Source of the DNA: Phyllosticta citribraziliensis
Taxonomy: Eukaryota
Reading direction: 5' to 3'
Assembly (NCBI RefSeq): GCF_038025025.1
Contig: NW_027117347.1
Coordinates: 124,001-188,000 of the forward strand
DNA: 64,000 bases
The notes under the pieces were generated by a model, which saw only the letters and a program-made list of their open reading frames with translations, was not told the origin of the DNA and searched no databases. Made by a program: the position numbers and the translations under genes. Every line of letters begins with the position of its first letter. Position 1 is the stretch's first letter. This document shows positions 36,907 through 47,595 of this stretch, in pieces.

Positions 36907-36909
<3 letters not shown>

Positions 36910-38653
36910 CCTCCTCCCACTGCTGTGCCACACCTACACGCATGCATGCATCGACGGCTCGCGGCAGCAAATGACAGCTGAAACATGCGCCAACGCCTTG
37001 GTTTTTTCTTTCCTGTCTCCTTTTCCATCGTTCGCATCGCTCATCGGCAACCCGATACTCGACATCCGGATGAACAGCCAGCCGGCCGTCCAGCCATGCG
37101 CTGTTGCGTCGCGCTCGTCTTTCCTCGACTCCCGTCTCTCCCGCCCGCAACCCAGCCCAGCCTGCATCAAACAGACAACCCAACGACACGCGCTCCTTGC
37201 GTCAAGGCACCTCGACTCAAGCCCAGACGTGCCAACTGGCAGGCAGCGTGGGGTGTGGCGCGCCGCCGTTGGTGGTGGTGGTGTTGGCGTCTGCCTGCCT
37301 GTCTGCCTGTCTGCACGTCTTGTCTCGTCTTCCCGCGACAGGGAGGCTGATACACCAAACGGCTTGCGCTGCGCTGCCGTCGCCCACGACCGAGGACTAG
37401 CCAAGTCGCGCAGATCGCCCGCGCTGCGTCGAATCGACTCTGCATGCCGTGCGCTCTGTGGCTCTTCCTTGCTGCAAGTGTGCCCAACCAACCGACCGAC
37501 CAATCAACCCGCAGAAAACAAAAGACGCACCACCACCTCTACGTACCAGCGGGCGTTGTAGGTGGGATACAAGCCGTCAGAGGCGTCGACGTCGAGAGAG
37601 GTGAGAGGTACGAGTATCTCTTCAGCCCAGTCTCCGGCAGGCAGCGTGACAGACAAGACAAGACCGTCACCACATCACTGACCCTGCCCCTACCGCTCGT
37701 ACCTTAAGGGTCCCGCTATACCCCACGCATCCCTCCGCGCGTCAGGCACCCACGTCTCCCTCTCTCTCTCTCTCCCTACAGTACCCGGCCTGCATCGTCA
37801 CTCATCGTGCCTGGCTAGTGAGACGTTGAAACTAACCGTGACGTATGTCTAGTAGCAGCAGTAGTAGTAATGCATTCATTCAACCAATGACCAGGCAATG
37901 CACACACACAGAGAGATTTAATTCGGCCGGGACGGACGGGGGGGTATAGACAACTACACGGACAACAAAGGCCAGCCAGCCAGTATCAAACGAACAGCAA
38001 ACAGCAAACAAACAGCAAAATAGACCAACAAGAAGAAAAAGAAGAGAAGAGAAGAAAATGTTTCCACCACCACCTCCTCCTTTTCGTGTCTTCTCTCGTC
38101 TCGTCTCGTCTCGACCCGCTCAGACAGGGCGGTCAAAGATCTCAACCACGCAAACCGCTCTCGTTGATCCCCACTTTTTCGTCTTCTCCTCCTCCTCAGT
38201 CTCTGCACCTCCGTCTCTCCGACTTTCTCTTCAAAAGGGACGGCAGCCCATCCAGCCAAGAAGCCCTTCAACTGCCCTTCCCACTCTTTGGTCCCATCCC
38301 TCCCCTCCCCTCCCCCCATCATACAATCATCATTAGAAAAGAGGTGCAAAAGTGACGCGCCGCGACGGATCGAAACAAAAGAACAACGGGCTACACGAAG
38401 CCCGGCGGCCAAACGAAGAAAAAGAAAAGGGGAGCAACGACTAGCGCGCTCGCGCTCAAGCGTGAAAGAAATCAGGGGAGGCAGTGAAGAAGAGCAGAGT
38501 GATCGGGGAGAAAAGGGAGGGCAAAACAAGACAGAAGATAACTCAACACGAATAAATCAAGAGCGCCACCCAGCGCCTAGCACCAGCCCAGCCCAGCCAG
38601 CCCAGCCAAACCAAACTTTTGTCAAACCCCATTCACACGCCTTCTTTTTCTCT

Positions 38654-41600
38654 CTAAAAACGCCACCGCGGCCGCCCATCATCCCCGCGATAGCCCTGCC
38701 GACTCGCACTCCCCCTGAAGCCCGCACTGCTCAGACGGCCACCCGCGCGGCTGCTCGCCCTGCTATCGCGGCCACCATTGGTGCTCGCGACGCTGAGGCC
38801 GCCGTCGAGGCTGGGCCGGGGCGGGGGAGCACCACCCGTGCTGTTGCCACCAGGCACGACCGTCGGCTGCGGCAGCATGCTGATGCGCCGCGACCCCGTC
38901 GCCATGTCGGTGCCGGGCCGCGGGAGCGGCGTCTTGCGGCCCAGGACGGGGCTGTGGCAGTCCGAGTCGGGGTCGTCTTCGCCCGAGCGGCGCCGCGTGG
39001 GCCGGTGGAAGGACAGTTTGGATGACGACGCCGTGCGCATGTCGAGGCGCGTGTAGGCGTTGCGGGACGGCGTGCGCGGCGTCATGGTCGCGCGCTTGTT
39101 CTTCAGAGCACCATGTCCGGGCGTGGTGGATGCGGGCCGGGGGATGGACGATGCCGGCGGAGGCGACGGGGCGTCGCGGAGGTTGAGGGGGCTGCGCTTC
39201 AGGTTTGCCTGCGACGACACGGCGCGGAGGGAGCGCGGCGGAGTGGGGTCCTTGTGCGGTGAGGGGGTGGAGAGAGAGAGAGGTGTAAAATTGTGACCTA
39301 CTACCGTATCCTTCATGTTGGTCGAAATGTTCCAGCGGGGCTTGTTGGACGTGGGTTGGGGGAGCTGGCGGCGGACCGAGGGCGTGGGCGTGGCGGCCGA
39401 GTAGCGAGGACTGGGAGACTTTTCTTCCGAGGCGCTGGATCGCGAGACTTGCGTCTTGCGGGGGACGGTCGACGAGTGCGAGTTGGGCGTGGGCAGGCTG
39501 GACAGGCGCTTGGCTGCTGATCCGGACCGGGTGCTGTTGAAGCTGCTCTGCCGCGACTTGAAGGCCATCCTCTGCTCCCTCTCCTGCTCCTTGCGGCTCA
39601 TGACGACCGAAGAAGCCGGCGAGGTGCCCGGAGTGTCAATGACGCTGCCCGCAATGGACTGTCCATTGGAGAGGATGGTCGAAATCGAGTCCCGGAGCTG
39701 CGACGTCTGGTTGACATTGAGATCATCCACCCGCTCCTGCATCTCCTTCATCTGCTCTTCCAGAGAAGCCCACTCGCGTCGAATGTCGTGTTGCAGCCGG
39801 AGGATTTCGCCGTTGACGGTAAGCCGGTCCTTTACTCCCTTGTCAATAATGGTCAAGACGCGCTCGATCGCCGGGCCGTAGTGAATCTTTTTTGCCTCGA
39901 AACTCTCAATCTTCTTGGCCGTGGCATGGGCATCGGTGAAATACTCGTTCGTGTCCAGGGCTTCGTGCAGCTTAATCAGGCTCCGCTTGACGGACTCGCA
40001 CATTTTTCGTGCCTGGTTGCCGGCGTTCCTAAACACCAAGACCCACCTATCCTCGCCCAACTCCCTCCTCAGCGACTCTGCGTCCCGCTCGAGCCTGTTC
40101 CACTGGTTTTCGAGCGTGTCGCACCTGTTTTCCAATTCGCTGCATGCGCTGGGGAAGACGGGCTCCGCGCGGACCTGAAACTGTGACAGTCTCATGGGCA
40201 AAAAGTCGAGTGACGCACGCAGCGGCTGCATGCGGGCAAACAGGGCCAAGAGATTCGAGTCTTCTTGCTGCTGGCCGGGAGACTGGACGGGAGTCGGATT
40301 GGCCAGCGCGGGGGTAAGGCTGAAGCGGGTGGTCGAAAAGGCCTTGGTGTTGGGCGGGGTTTCTTCCACGATGGTCTCGAGGGCCTCGATGTCGACGCCG
40401 TGGTCCGTGGCGCTCTCGGCCATGAAGCTGCGGTGCCTGCGCTCTTCCATCTCAAAGACCAGCCTGCTCAGCGCTTCCATCTCCAGGCCAATGTCACCGA
40501 GCACCGTATTCCACAATTCCTCCCACTCCATGGCAATCTCCACCTGCTCCTTGACGCCCTTGAGCTTGTTCTTGATATCGCTCCACTCGTTGAGAATGTG
40601 CTCCATTGCGTCCACCAGCTTCGACAGTTCCTGCATCGAAATGTTCTCAATGTCAGGGCGCGTCTGCAGCTCTTCAATCGCCACGACAAACACCTTGATG
40701 AGCGTCTCAAACACATTGATTGCAGTGTCCACCTCGTCCAGACCCTCTCTTCCGGCCGCAGATGCCCACTCCACGTCGTCCTCGGCGTCCAGCCCATTCA
40801 ACACGTCCGCCGCCTTGGCCACCCACATTCGAATCTGACCAGAAGCATCGAAGAGGGCTCTCGATGCGCCTCGGGAGGTGGGGATGGCGGATATCTGCGC
40901 TTGCAACGACGTGGCGTCGGGCAGCTTGATGGACGTCAATTGTTGGATCTGGTTGGTAAACGACACGCGGGAGAGGGTGTAGACCGAGGGTGCGCGCGAG
41001 AGGTGCTTGTAAATGCTGTCGCTGCGGTCGTTGAGGTCGAAGTCGTCCATGGGGGGCGGCGTGTCTTTTGGGGGAGGCGTCGGCGGGGCCGACTCTGGAG
41101 CGGTGTCGGTCTGGCTGGATTCTGGCTCCTCGAGAGGCAAGTCGGGCAAGTCGGGGTTGGGCATGAGGTCGGGAAAGGCCGTGTCGCCCTTGGCCATGTT
41201 CTCCAGCTCGGGCAAGCTGTACTGGCGCACATACTCCTCAAAGGCGTCGGGCTCGCTGTCGTCGTCCATCCTCTCGCTGACGAGCGACGAGCGGTCGCTC
41301 AGCTCGGGCGCCAGCATGTGCGGGTCGGGCCCTTCTCCGGGCAAGCTGTTGTGGAGGTGTTGGTCCGGATGCAGGCGGGGAGGACGGGTGCCGCTCCAAG
41401 CCCTGCCTCTGCGCTGGATGCGAATGGAGCGGTCTTGGGCGTGGAGCCGCTCGAGCTCGCGGAGGTGATCTTCTGGAATGCGCCCCACTTCCGCGTCCTC
41501 CTTGGTGACGACGCTGTGCTTCTTGTGGTGCAGATCCAACAGCTTCATGCGGGCCAGCAGGCCGGGCGACAGCTTGCGCGCGGCCAGGCGGCCGGCGTTG

Positions 41601-41695
41601 GGGTCGACGGGCGAGAGGGACGGGTTGGGAGCGGCGTGGTTGACGGGCGAGCGGTGCGTCGCGTCGTGGTGGTTGTCGCGGTTGGGAGAGGTCAT
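38654..41695 (-). CDS. KAR9: Karyogamy/spindle-positioning protein Kar9
   Basis: 1013-aa ORF with MEWEELWNTVLGDIGLEM, ARMQPLRASLDFLPMRL and LRRELGEDRWVLVFR. Basic S/P-rich tail with SxIP (SSIP) and KPRW/RPRW motifs. Confidence 0.85.
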   Translation of the reverse strand: MTSPNRDNHHDATHRSPVNHAAPNPSLSPVDPNAGRLAARKLSPGLLARMKLLDLHHKKHSVVTKEDAEVGRIPEDHLRELERLHAQDRSIRIQRRGRAWSGTRPPRLHPDQHLHNSLPGEGPDPHMLAPELSDRSSLVSERMDDDSEPDAFEEYVRQYSLPELENMAKGDTAFPDLMPNPDLPDLPLEEPESSQTDTAPESAPPTPPPKDTPPPMDDFDLNDRSDSIYKHLSRAPSVYTLSRVSFTNQIQQLTSIKLPDATSLQAQISAIPTSRGASRALFDASGQIRMWVAKAADVLNGLDAEDDVEWASAAGREGLDEVDTAINVFETLIKVFVVAIEELQTRPDIENISMQELSKLVDAMEHILNEWSDIKNKLKGVKEQVEIAMEWEELWNTVLGDIGLEMEALSRLVFEMEERRHRSFMAESATDHGVDIEALETIVEETPPNTKAFSTTRFSLTPALANPTPVQSPGQQQEDSNLLALFARMQPLRASLDFLPMRLSQFQVRAEPVFPSACSELENRCDTLENQWNRLERDAESLRRELGEDRWVLVFRNAGNQARKMCESVKRSLIKLHEALDTNEYFTDAHATAKKIESFEAKKIHYGPAIERVLTIIDKGVKDRLTVNGEILRLQHDIRREWASLEEQMKEMQERVDDLNVNQTSQLRDSISTILSNGQSIAGSVIDTPGTSPASSVVMSRKEQEREQRMAFKSRQSSFNSTRSGSAAKRLSSLPTPNSHSSTVPRKTQVSRSSASEEKSPSPRYSAATPTPSVRRQLPQPTSNKPRWNISTNMKDTVVGHNFTPLSLSTPSPHKDPTPPRSLRAVSSQANLKRSPLNLRDAPSPPPASSIPRPASTTPGHGALKNKRATMTPRTPSRNAYTRLDMRTASSSKLSFHRPTRRRSGEDDPDSDCHSPVLGRKTPLPRPGTDMATGSRRISMLPQPTVVPGGNSTGGAPPPRPSLDGGLSVASTNGGRDSRASSRAGGRLSSAGFRGSASRQGYRGDDGRPRWRF

Positions 41696-42311
41696 GGGGA
41701 AGGAGTCGGTCGGGCTAGTGAGGGCAGAGGAAATGAGGCCGAGCGAGCGACGAGGCGGAGCTGTTGTTGTTTCTGATTGTTGACGCGGCGAGACTATGTG
41801 GTTAGACAGGCGTAGGGTGTGTAGGGTAGGGTAGGGTGCGGGAAGCGGACGGGAGGGTGGTGAGTGGCTCTGGCGGTCCCCTCAGCCTGGCCTGCAGCGG
41901 CCGCCCGATGGTTAGCGCTGGACATCAACACCTCTCACACACACTGGCCCAGCCCAGCCACATGCAGCTTACCTGGATGCTTTTTGCGTATATGTATGCT
42001 TTGCTGGCTCGGTCAGTGTCAGTCGGTCAGTCGGGGCCGAATCGCAGCACCAGGATTGCGGGACCCACGGCAGTACGGTAGACGCAGTGGCTTGCAGGGT
42101 GCGTGGAGCGCGTCTACAAGTGCGTGCAGCAGACAACTGAACAAGACTGTCCTGAGCAGCTCCGTTTGATTGCTGCTGGCGCCACGCCATGACGGATGCG
42201 GCGTGTAGATTGCTCCAGGGGCAGCCTGTTTACAAAACACTGCACATGTCGGCGTGCGCCCTTGCTTGTCGCGTCCTCAAGTAATGTACAGTGGGTATTC
42301 AATTCAGACGT

Positions 42312-43922
42312 CTACTCGATCCTCAGCGTCGGCATCCTCATGGTCCTCGTCCGCTGCTCCCTCCACTCGCGCGTAATCTCCTCGCGCACGCCCTTGCACC
42401 ACTTGAGCAGGGCGTCGTCAAACTGCACCCACGCCTCCGGCCGCTCGCCGTGCACCACCTCCATGACGTTGACCTTGAGCTTAATCTCCCACCGCAGCTC
42501 GGCCGCCTTGACCCAGTACCGCAGGTTCTCGGCGCAGCGGTACGGCAACGACGTGTCCGTGTGGAACGTCTTGATTTCTTCAAACTGCCGCCGCGACTGG
42601 TGCACCAGCTCGTTGTGCAGCGACACCAGCCGCAGCCCGCTGTGCAGCTTGTGCAGGAACGGCGTCGGCAGCGCGCCCGCCGACGCCGGATCCGTCCACG
42701 CCGGCAGCTCGTCCGTCGCGTCGTCGGCGTCGAACGACTTGAGGAACAGCCTCTCGCGCTCGCGCTCTCTGCCCGTCCAGTCGCCCTCTCGCCAGCTCCA
42801 CTTTTCGCGCTCCGCCTCCTCCGCCTGCTCCTTGGCCTCCTCCTTGTCCAGCAGGCTCTCAATGTCCTTGATCCACTCGTCAATCGCCTGCCGCTCGTCG
42901 TCCCTGATGCCGCCTTCAAAGTCGCGTCCTGCCATGCGCTTCAGCACCTCCAGCACCTGGTACAGCTCTTTCCGTATCGTCTTCTCCGGCTTGATCGAGT
43001 ACAGCATTTGAGGCTTTTCGTGCGCCGTGTAGTAGTTTTTGGCCGCCTTGATGGCCAGCGTGATGTTGTCGAGGATGTCCAGCCCCTGCAGCTCCGTCCA
43101 CTCCTGGCGTTGAGGAAGAGGTTCCTGCTCCAGCTCCGGCGTCATCTTGCCCGCTGCCTCGTACTGCTTCCTCTGCTCCAGCGCGCGCGCCGCAATCTTT
43201 TCCGTCTTGGCCGACTTGGTCTTGTACTTTTCCAGCGACTCGGCCGTCCGCGTCCTCTGCAAAATGTCGCGCGCGTCCTGCAGCGCCTCCCTGAGCTCCC
43301 TCCTCAACACGGCAATGGCCGGCAGCGGCGCGGTATACATGACCTTGTGTCGGTAGGTGCTGACGGTCGGCGGCAGCATGGGCGGCGGGGCATAGTCGAC
43401 GGGGCTGTCGACGAACGGAATGTCGATGCTCTCGTACGCGGAGCCGTCGTCCGAGACGAACGAGCTGCGCTTGCTGCCGTCGTCGAGGCTGAGGGAAAAG
43501 TCCGAGTGCGCCCTGTCGGCCGTCGTGTGAGGGCCGTCGGTGGCCTCTTCGGCCCTCTTCTTCTTGCGGCGCTCCTTGGCGACCCTGCCTCCCTTGTCGT
43601 CGAGCAGCCCCGTCCGAGCAAAGTAGTACTGCAGGTGCGAAATGGTGCCGAGGCTCTGCACGCTCTCTCTATTCTTCGCCGAGTCGGCAAACTCTGTGCC
43701 TTCTGGCCTCATGTATCCGCGGCGGCCGTTGGGGATGCCGCCCCACGACAGGCGCGAGCTCTTGGAGCTGCTGCCGCCGGAGCCCGAGCCCGAGCCAGAC
43801 GACGAGGCCGACATGGCCGAGACGGGGCGGTCGATGGGGGGAGCAGAGGCCGTCATGAAGGTGGGCGACAGAGCAGGGCCGGGGGAAACCGAACGCTCCG
43901 AGAGAGCTACATGGTCGTTCAT
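42312..43922 (-). CDS. Conserved fungal hypothetical protein
   Basis: Intronless ORF with strong codon bias; RRGYMRPEGTEFADSAKNRESVQSLGTISHLQYYFARTGLLD and PYRCAENLRYWVKAAELRW. Confidence 0.85.
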   Translation of the reverse strand: MNDHVALSERSVSPGPALSPTFMTASAPPIDRPVSAMSASSSGSGSGSGGSSSKSSRLSWGGIPNGRRGYMRPEGTEFADSAKNRESVQSLGTISHLQYYFARTGLLDDKGGRVAKERRKKKRAEEATDGPHTTADRAHSDFSLSLDDGSKRSSFVSDDGSAYESIDIPFVDSPVDYAPPPMLPPTVSTYRHKVMYTAPLPAIAVLRRELREALQDARDILQRTRTAESLEKYKTKSAKTEKIAARALEQRKQYEAAGKMTPELEQEPLPQRQEWTELQGLDILDNITLAIKAAKNYYTAHEKPQMLYSIKPEKTIRKELYQVLEVLKRMAGRDFEGGIRDDERQAIDEWIKDIESLLDKEEAKEQAEEAEREKWSWREGDWTGRERERERLFLKSFDADDATDELPAWTDPASAGALPTPFLHKLHSGLRLVSLHNELVHQSRRQFEEIKTFHTDTSLPYRCAENLRYWVKAAELRWEIKLKVNVMEVVHGERPEAWVQFDDALLKWCKGVREEITREWREQRTRTMRMPTLRIE

Positions 43923-44675
43923 GGTCGGCGGCGCGAGATAAGGTCGGTTGGAGACGAGGGGGATCAATCAGGAGACGATGCTGAAACGACAGTGCCGTGG
44001 ATGGAGTGGGTGTTCAAACGCAGGCAGGCAGGACAAAGAGTGGAACAAAGTTGTTGACAGGGTCTCGAGCAGGCGCGAAGATGAATGGCCCAAGGTCAAA
44101 TTATTCTGGAAGCTTTCTTGGGCTTGCCCCGGCCCAGCAACACGGACGGACAGAATGTCTATTCTCGGACGGCGGAAATTAGCCGCAGCCGAGAGCGGGA
44201 GGAGGCGATGGAGACACTGAGGCCGGGCGGCGGCCCCGTCTCTGTCTGGGAGCACGCGTTTCGGGAGGCGATGATGTGGTGTTGAGTTGTGAGCAGACAG
44301 AAGAGAGGACGCCGAACGGCCACATGGCCATGGACTTGATCCCTGAAGCTGCCAGCGGGACGGGCGGGCGGACTCCCGGGATCCAGCATGCGCCCCTGAA
44401 AGCTACTGTCCACTGCTGTCCCTACTGGGCTGGGCTGCGAGGAGCCTGTGCGGAGGCGCCACCAGTCACCACGCGTGCTGGGCCTCAATCTCAATAATGG
44501 CCATTGATGGTGGAATGCGTTGATGAGCGAACGAGTGCATGTCCTGAGCAATGCGCCGAATCCAGAGCGCCAAGACCTACGTCATCGTCAAGGAGCTCCC
44601 AGTGTGATGCCCAACCTGAACCCAGCGGCAAACCACAACACCAACCACATGAACAGCCTCTTCTCCACACTCACC

Positions 44676-45066
44676 ATGTCCAAACGCGTGCGCCCCTCCC
44701 TCCCTCCGCCTCTCCCCACTAACCACCGCAGATCTCCTTCCAAGTGTCCGGCCGCGTGCAAGGCGTCTTCTTCCGCGCCTTCACCATCGAGCAAGCCAAC
44801 GCCATGCACCTGACGGGCTGGGTCAAGAACGCATCCGACGGGACTGTCGTCGGCGAGGCGCAGGGCTCGGACGAGCAGCTGGCGCGCTTCGTGCAGCAGC
44901 TGCATCAGGGGCCGCCGGCGTCGCAGGTGGACAAGGTGGTGAAGAGCGAGGTTGAGGTGCGGAGTGGGGAGGGCGGGTTTGAGAAGTGAGTTTGCTGCTT
45001 TTTTCTGACTTGGTTGTCTACAAGTGGTCGGGCGACGACTAACCACTACCATACAGGCGGCGATGA
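44676..45066 (+). CDS. Acylphosphatase
   Basis: MSKR|ISFQVSGRVQGVFFR...GWVKNASDGTVVGEAQG. Introns at 44688-44731 and 44986-45056; ends FEKRR*. Confidence 0.92.
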
Positions 45067-45789
45067 ACGAGATCGCGCAGCTATCTTCTCTTCTTCCCTT
45101 GGCTCACCTCAACTACATTTGTTATCACGACTCACGACCTCCTAGAACACGACACCAAAAGAACAGACTAGACAAAATACCAAACTCAACTTGACCCACC
45201 AACTCCGCCCAATTCCTCCACACCTGGCACCAAATAAATCCAGCGTTTCACAAATCCCCAACCTGCAAAAAGAGCAAAAGGCAGCGCCGTCGTTGGCCAG
45301 CTCTCCGTTTCGCCAGCGAATAGAGTCAGGGATGAACCCTTCTGCGCGCGCGTGCTCCGCAACCTCACCCCTTCTTCCGTCCACAGTCAATTGACATTTC
45401 GACAACTCTCTGGGCACCTCATTTCCATTTCAACCTTTGACGCAAAGTGAGAATGGATCATTTGCGGTTGATGCCTCTTGCCATGACTTTTGCATGCCCA
45501 GCAGTGTCTGTCTAGCCCTTAGCTGCCGCCGCTAGTTGTCTGGCTGGCGCTTGGGCGCGGGCACTAGCTATGTAGTCAGTACACTACAGGTAGGAGGTAG
45601 ATGTCAGCCAGCCACGCAGAGGGCGGGTGGCCATTGGCAATAGAGCGTTGCTTGCTACCTAGCTATGAGATATCTCGTCATATGCGCTACATACAATTGT
45701 CTACGAAGATGAGATGCTATAGAACAGCCGTGCCGCCGTGCCGTCGCCCAACTCCAACCCAAAGCCACATGACAGGAAGAAAAGGCAGA

Positions 45790-46990
45790 TCAAGGAATCG
45801 TCACAATGAGCTTGCCCTTGGTGCGATTGCTCTCCATGAGCTGATGCGCCTCGACCACCTGCTCAAACCCAAACACGCGCTCAATGTACACGGTGAAGTC
45901 GCCGCTGCGGAACCGCGGCAGCGCGACCTCGACCAGCCGGTCGCGCAGCGCCCCCTGGTACGCCTCGTCGCGGCTGCGCAGGCTGCTGCCCTCGTAGCGC
46001 AGCCGCTTGGCGATGAACGCGCCGATGTCGACGCCCTGCCCGTCGAGTTGCGTGCCCCCGAGGAAGCCTAGGTTGACGATGCGCCCGTCGCGCGCGGCGG
46101 CGGCCAGGTTGGGCCCGAAGGTCGACGCGCCGACGAAGTCGATGATGACGTCGACGCCGCGGCCGTCCGTGGCCTCGCGCACGCCCTGCACCCAGTCGGT
46201 GGTCGTGGAGTTGAAAGCCTTGTCCGCGCCCAGCGTCTCCTCGATGAAGCGCACCTTGTCGTCCTGGCGCGCGGTGGCGTAGACAGCGGAGGCGCCGTCG
46301 GCGCGCGCGAGTTGGATGCCGGCGATGCTAACGCTGCTGGCGCCCGCGTGCCACAGGATGCTCTGGCCGGGCGCGAAGCCGCCGACCAGGTACATGGCCT
46401 GCAGGGCGGTAATCCACGTCTCGGGGATGGCGGCGCACTGCTCGAAGCTCAGCTCCGAGGGCTTGTGCACCAGCATGTGCGTCGAGACGGCAATATATTC
46501 AGCGTACGCGCCGCCATACGCCAGTCCGAAGACCGCGTCGCCGACCTTGAAGGACGACTCGGACGACGAGCCCAGCGACTCGATCGTGCCGCTGAACTCG
46601 ACGCCCAGCGTTTTCGGCGCTTGTGGGGGCACGGGGTATTTGCCTTCGCGCTGCAGCAGGTCCATGCGGTTGAGGCCGAAGCATTTCACGCGGACGAGGG
46701 CTTGTGAGGCCGTGGGGACGGGCTTGGGCGTTTGGGCGTTGATGTAGAGGGCCGTGGCCGGGCCGGTGCCGTTCTGGATGTCTGCGAGGCGACAGGGGAT
46801 TGTGAGTTAGCCTGTGCAACGAAGGGGACGTTGGAATGTGAATGCTTCAATCTGATGTGGCCGCCAGCGTAAATGACGTCTGTGACGTGAGGACAGGCGA
46901 CGTCGAGGACGTCGAGACAGCCGCCAAGCAGAGGGAGCCGCAGCCGCAGCCGCAGGGGAACACACCAATTGCTCGCATAGTCTCAGACAT
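45790..46990 (-). CDS. NADPH:quinone oxidoreductase (zeta-crystallin/PIG3-like, MDR superfamily)
   Basis: MSETMRAI|DIQNG, FGLNRMDLLQREGKYP, LGVEFSG, LAYGGAYAEY, LWHAGASSVS and AHQLMESNRTKGKLI. Confidence 0.93.
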
Positions 46991-47101
46991 CGTGAAGGCA
47001 GGCTGGCAAAAGCGGTGCGTTTCTCCTTGGTCGATGCAACAACAGCAGGCGACAGCGTCGTGTATCGTTTCTGGAGCCGCATGTGGGTGGGGTGGGCCGA
47101 G

Positions 47102-47109
47102 TATTTATA
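47102..47109 (-). promoter_or_regulatory. Putative TATA box (TATAAATA) of the quinone oxidoreductase gene
   Basis: Canonical TATAAATA on the minus strand about 110 nt upstream of the ATG. Confidence 0.4.
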
Positions 47110-47595
47110 CGATGCGACGAAATATGTACAAGAGCAACCGAAATTTACGACAAGAACATGTAATTATGCGATATGATGCAGACCGGAGACGGAGAAGAGG
47201 ACGACGGGTAGGCGGGTAGCGGATGGAATTGGCTTTGCCTGACCGACTAATGACGTGAAAAGGTGCCGTTTGCCGTGCGGGAGTTGGGTTGTCGCTCCGC
47301 CCGATTTCTAAGCTCCCCCGCCGTGTCCTGCATCCCGGTCCAGACCAGACCGCCTCCACTTCTTCTCGACAACACCAACGCTAGAGTATCAACTCCGCCG
47401 AACCAACAACGCATGCAAGCCTGCTTTTGACGCAACGAATCTCCTCGCCATGTAGAGCTTACAATCGACAGAAAGCCACATAAAAACAAGACAAATACCA
47501 CAACACGTTCCACGGCCGAACAAGCCGCAAACAAACCGCAACGAAGGAAAAAACAAGAATAAAACAACGTCTTCACTCCTTCTTTCCCCTCCCGC

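Noticed and set aside
40265..44057. Long + strand ORFs (503 aa, 588 aa) opposite KAR9 and its neighbour
   Set aside because: Antisense shadows of GC-rich genes.
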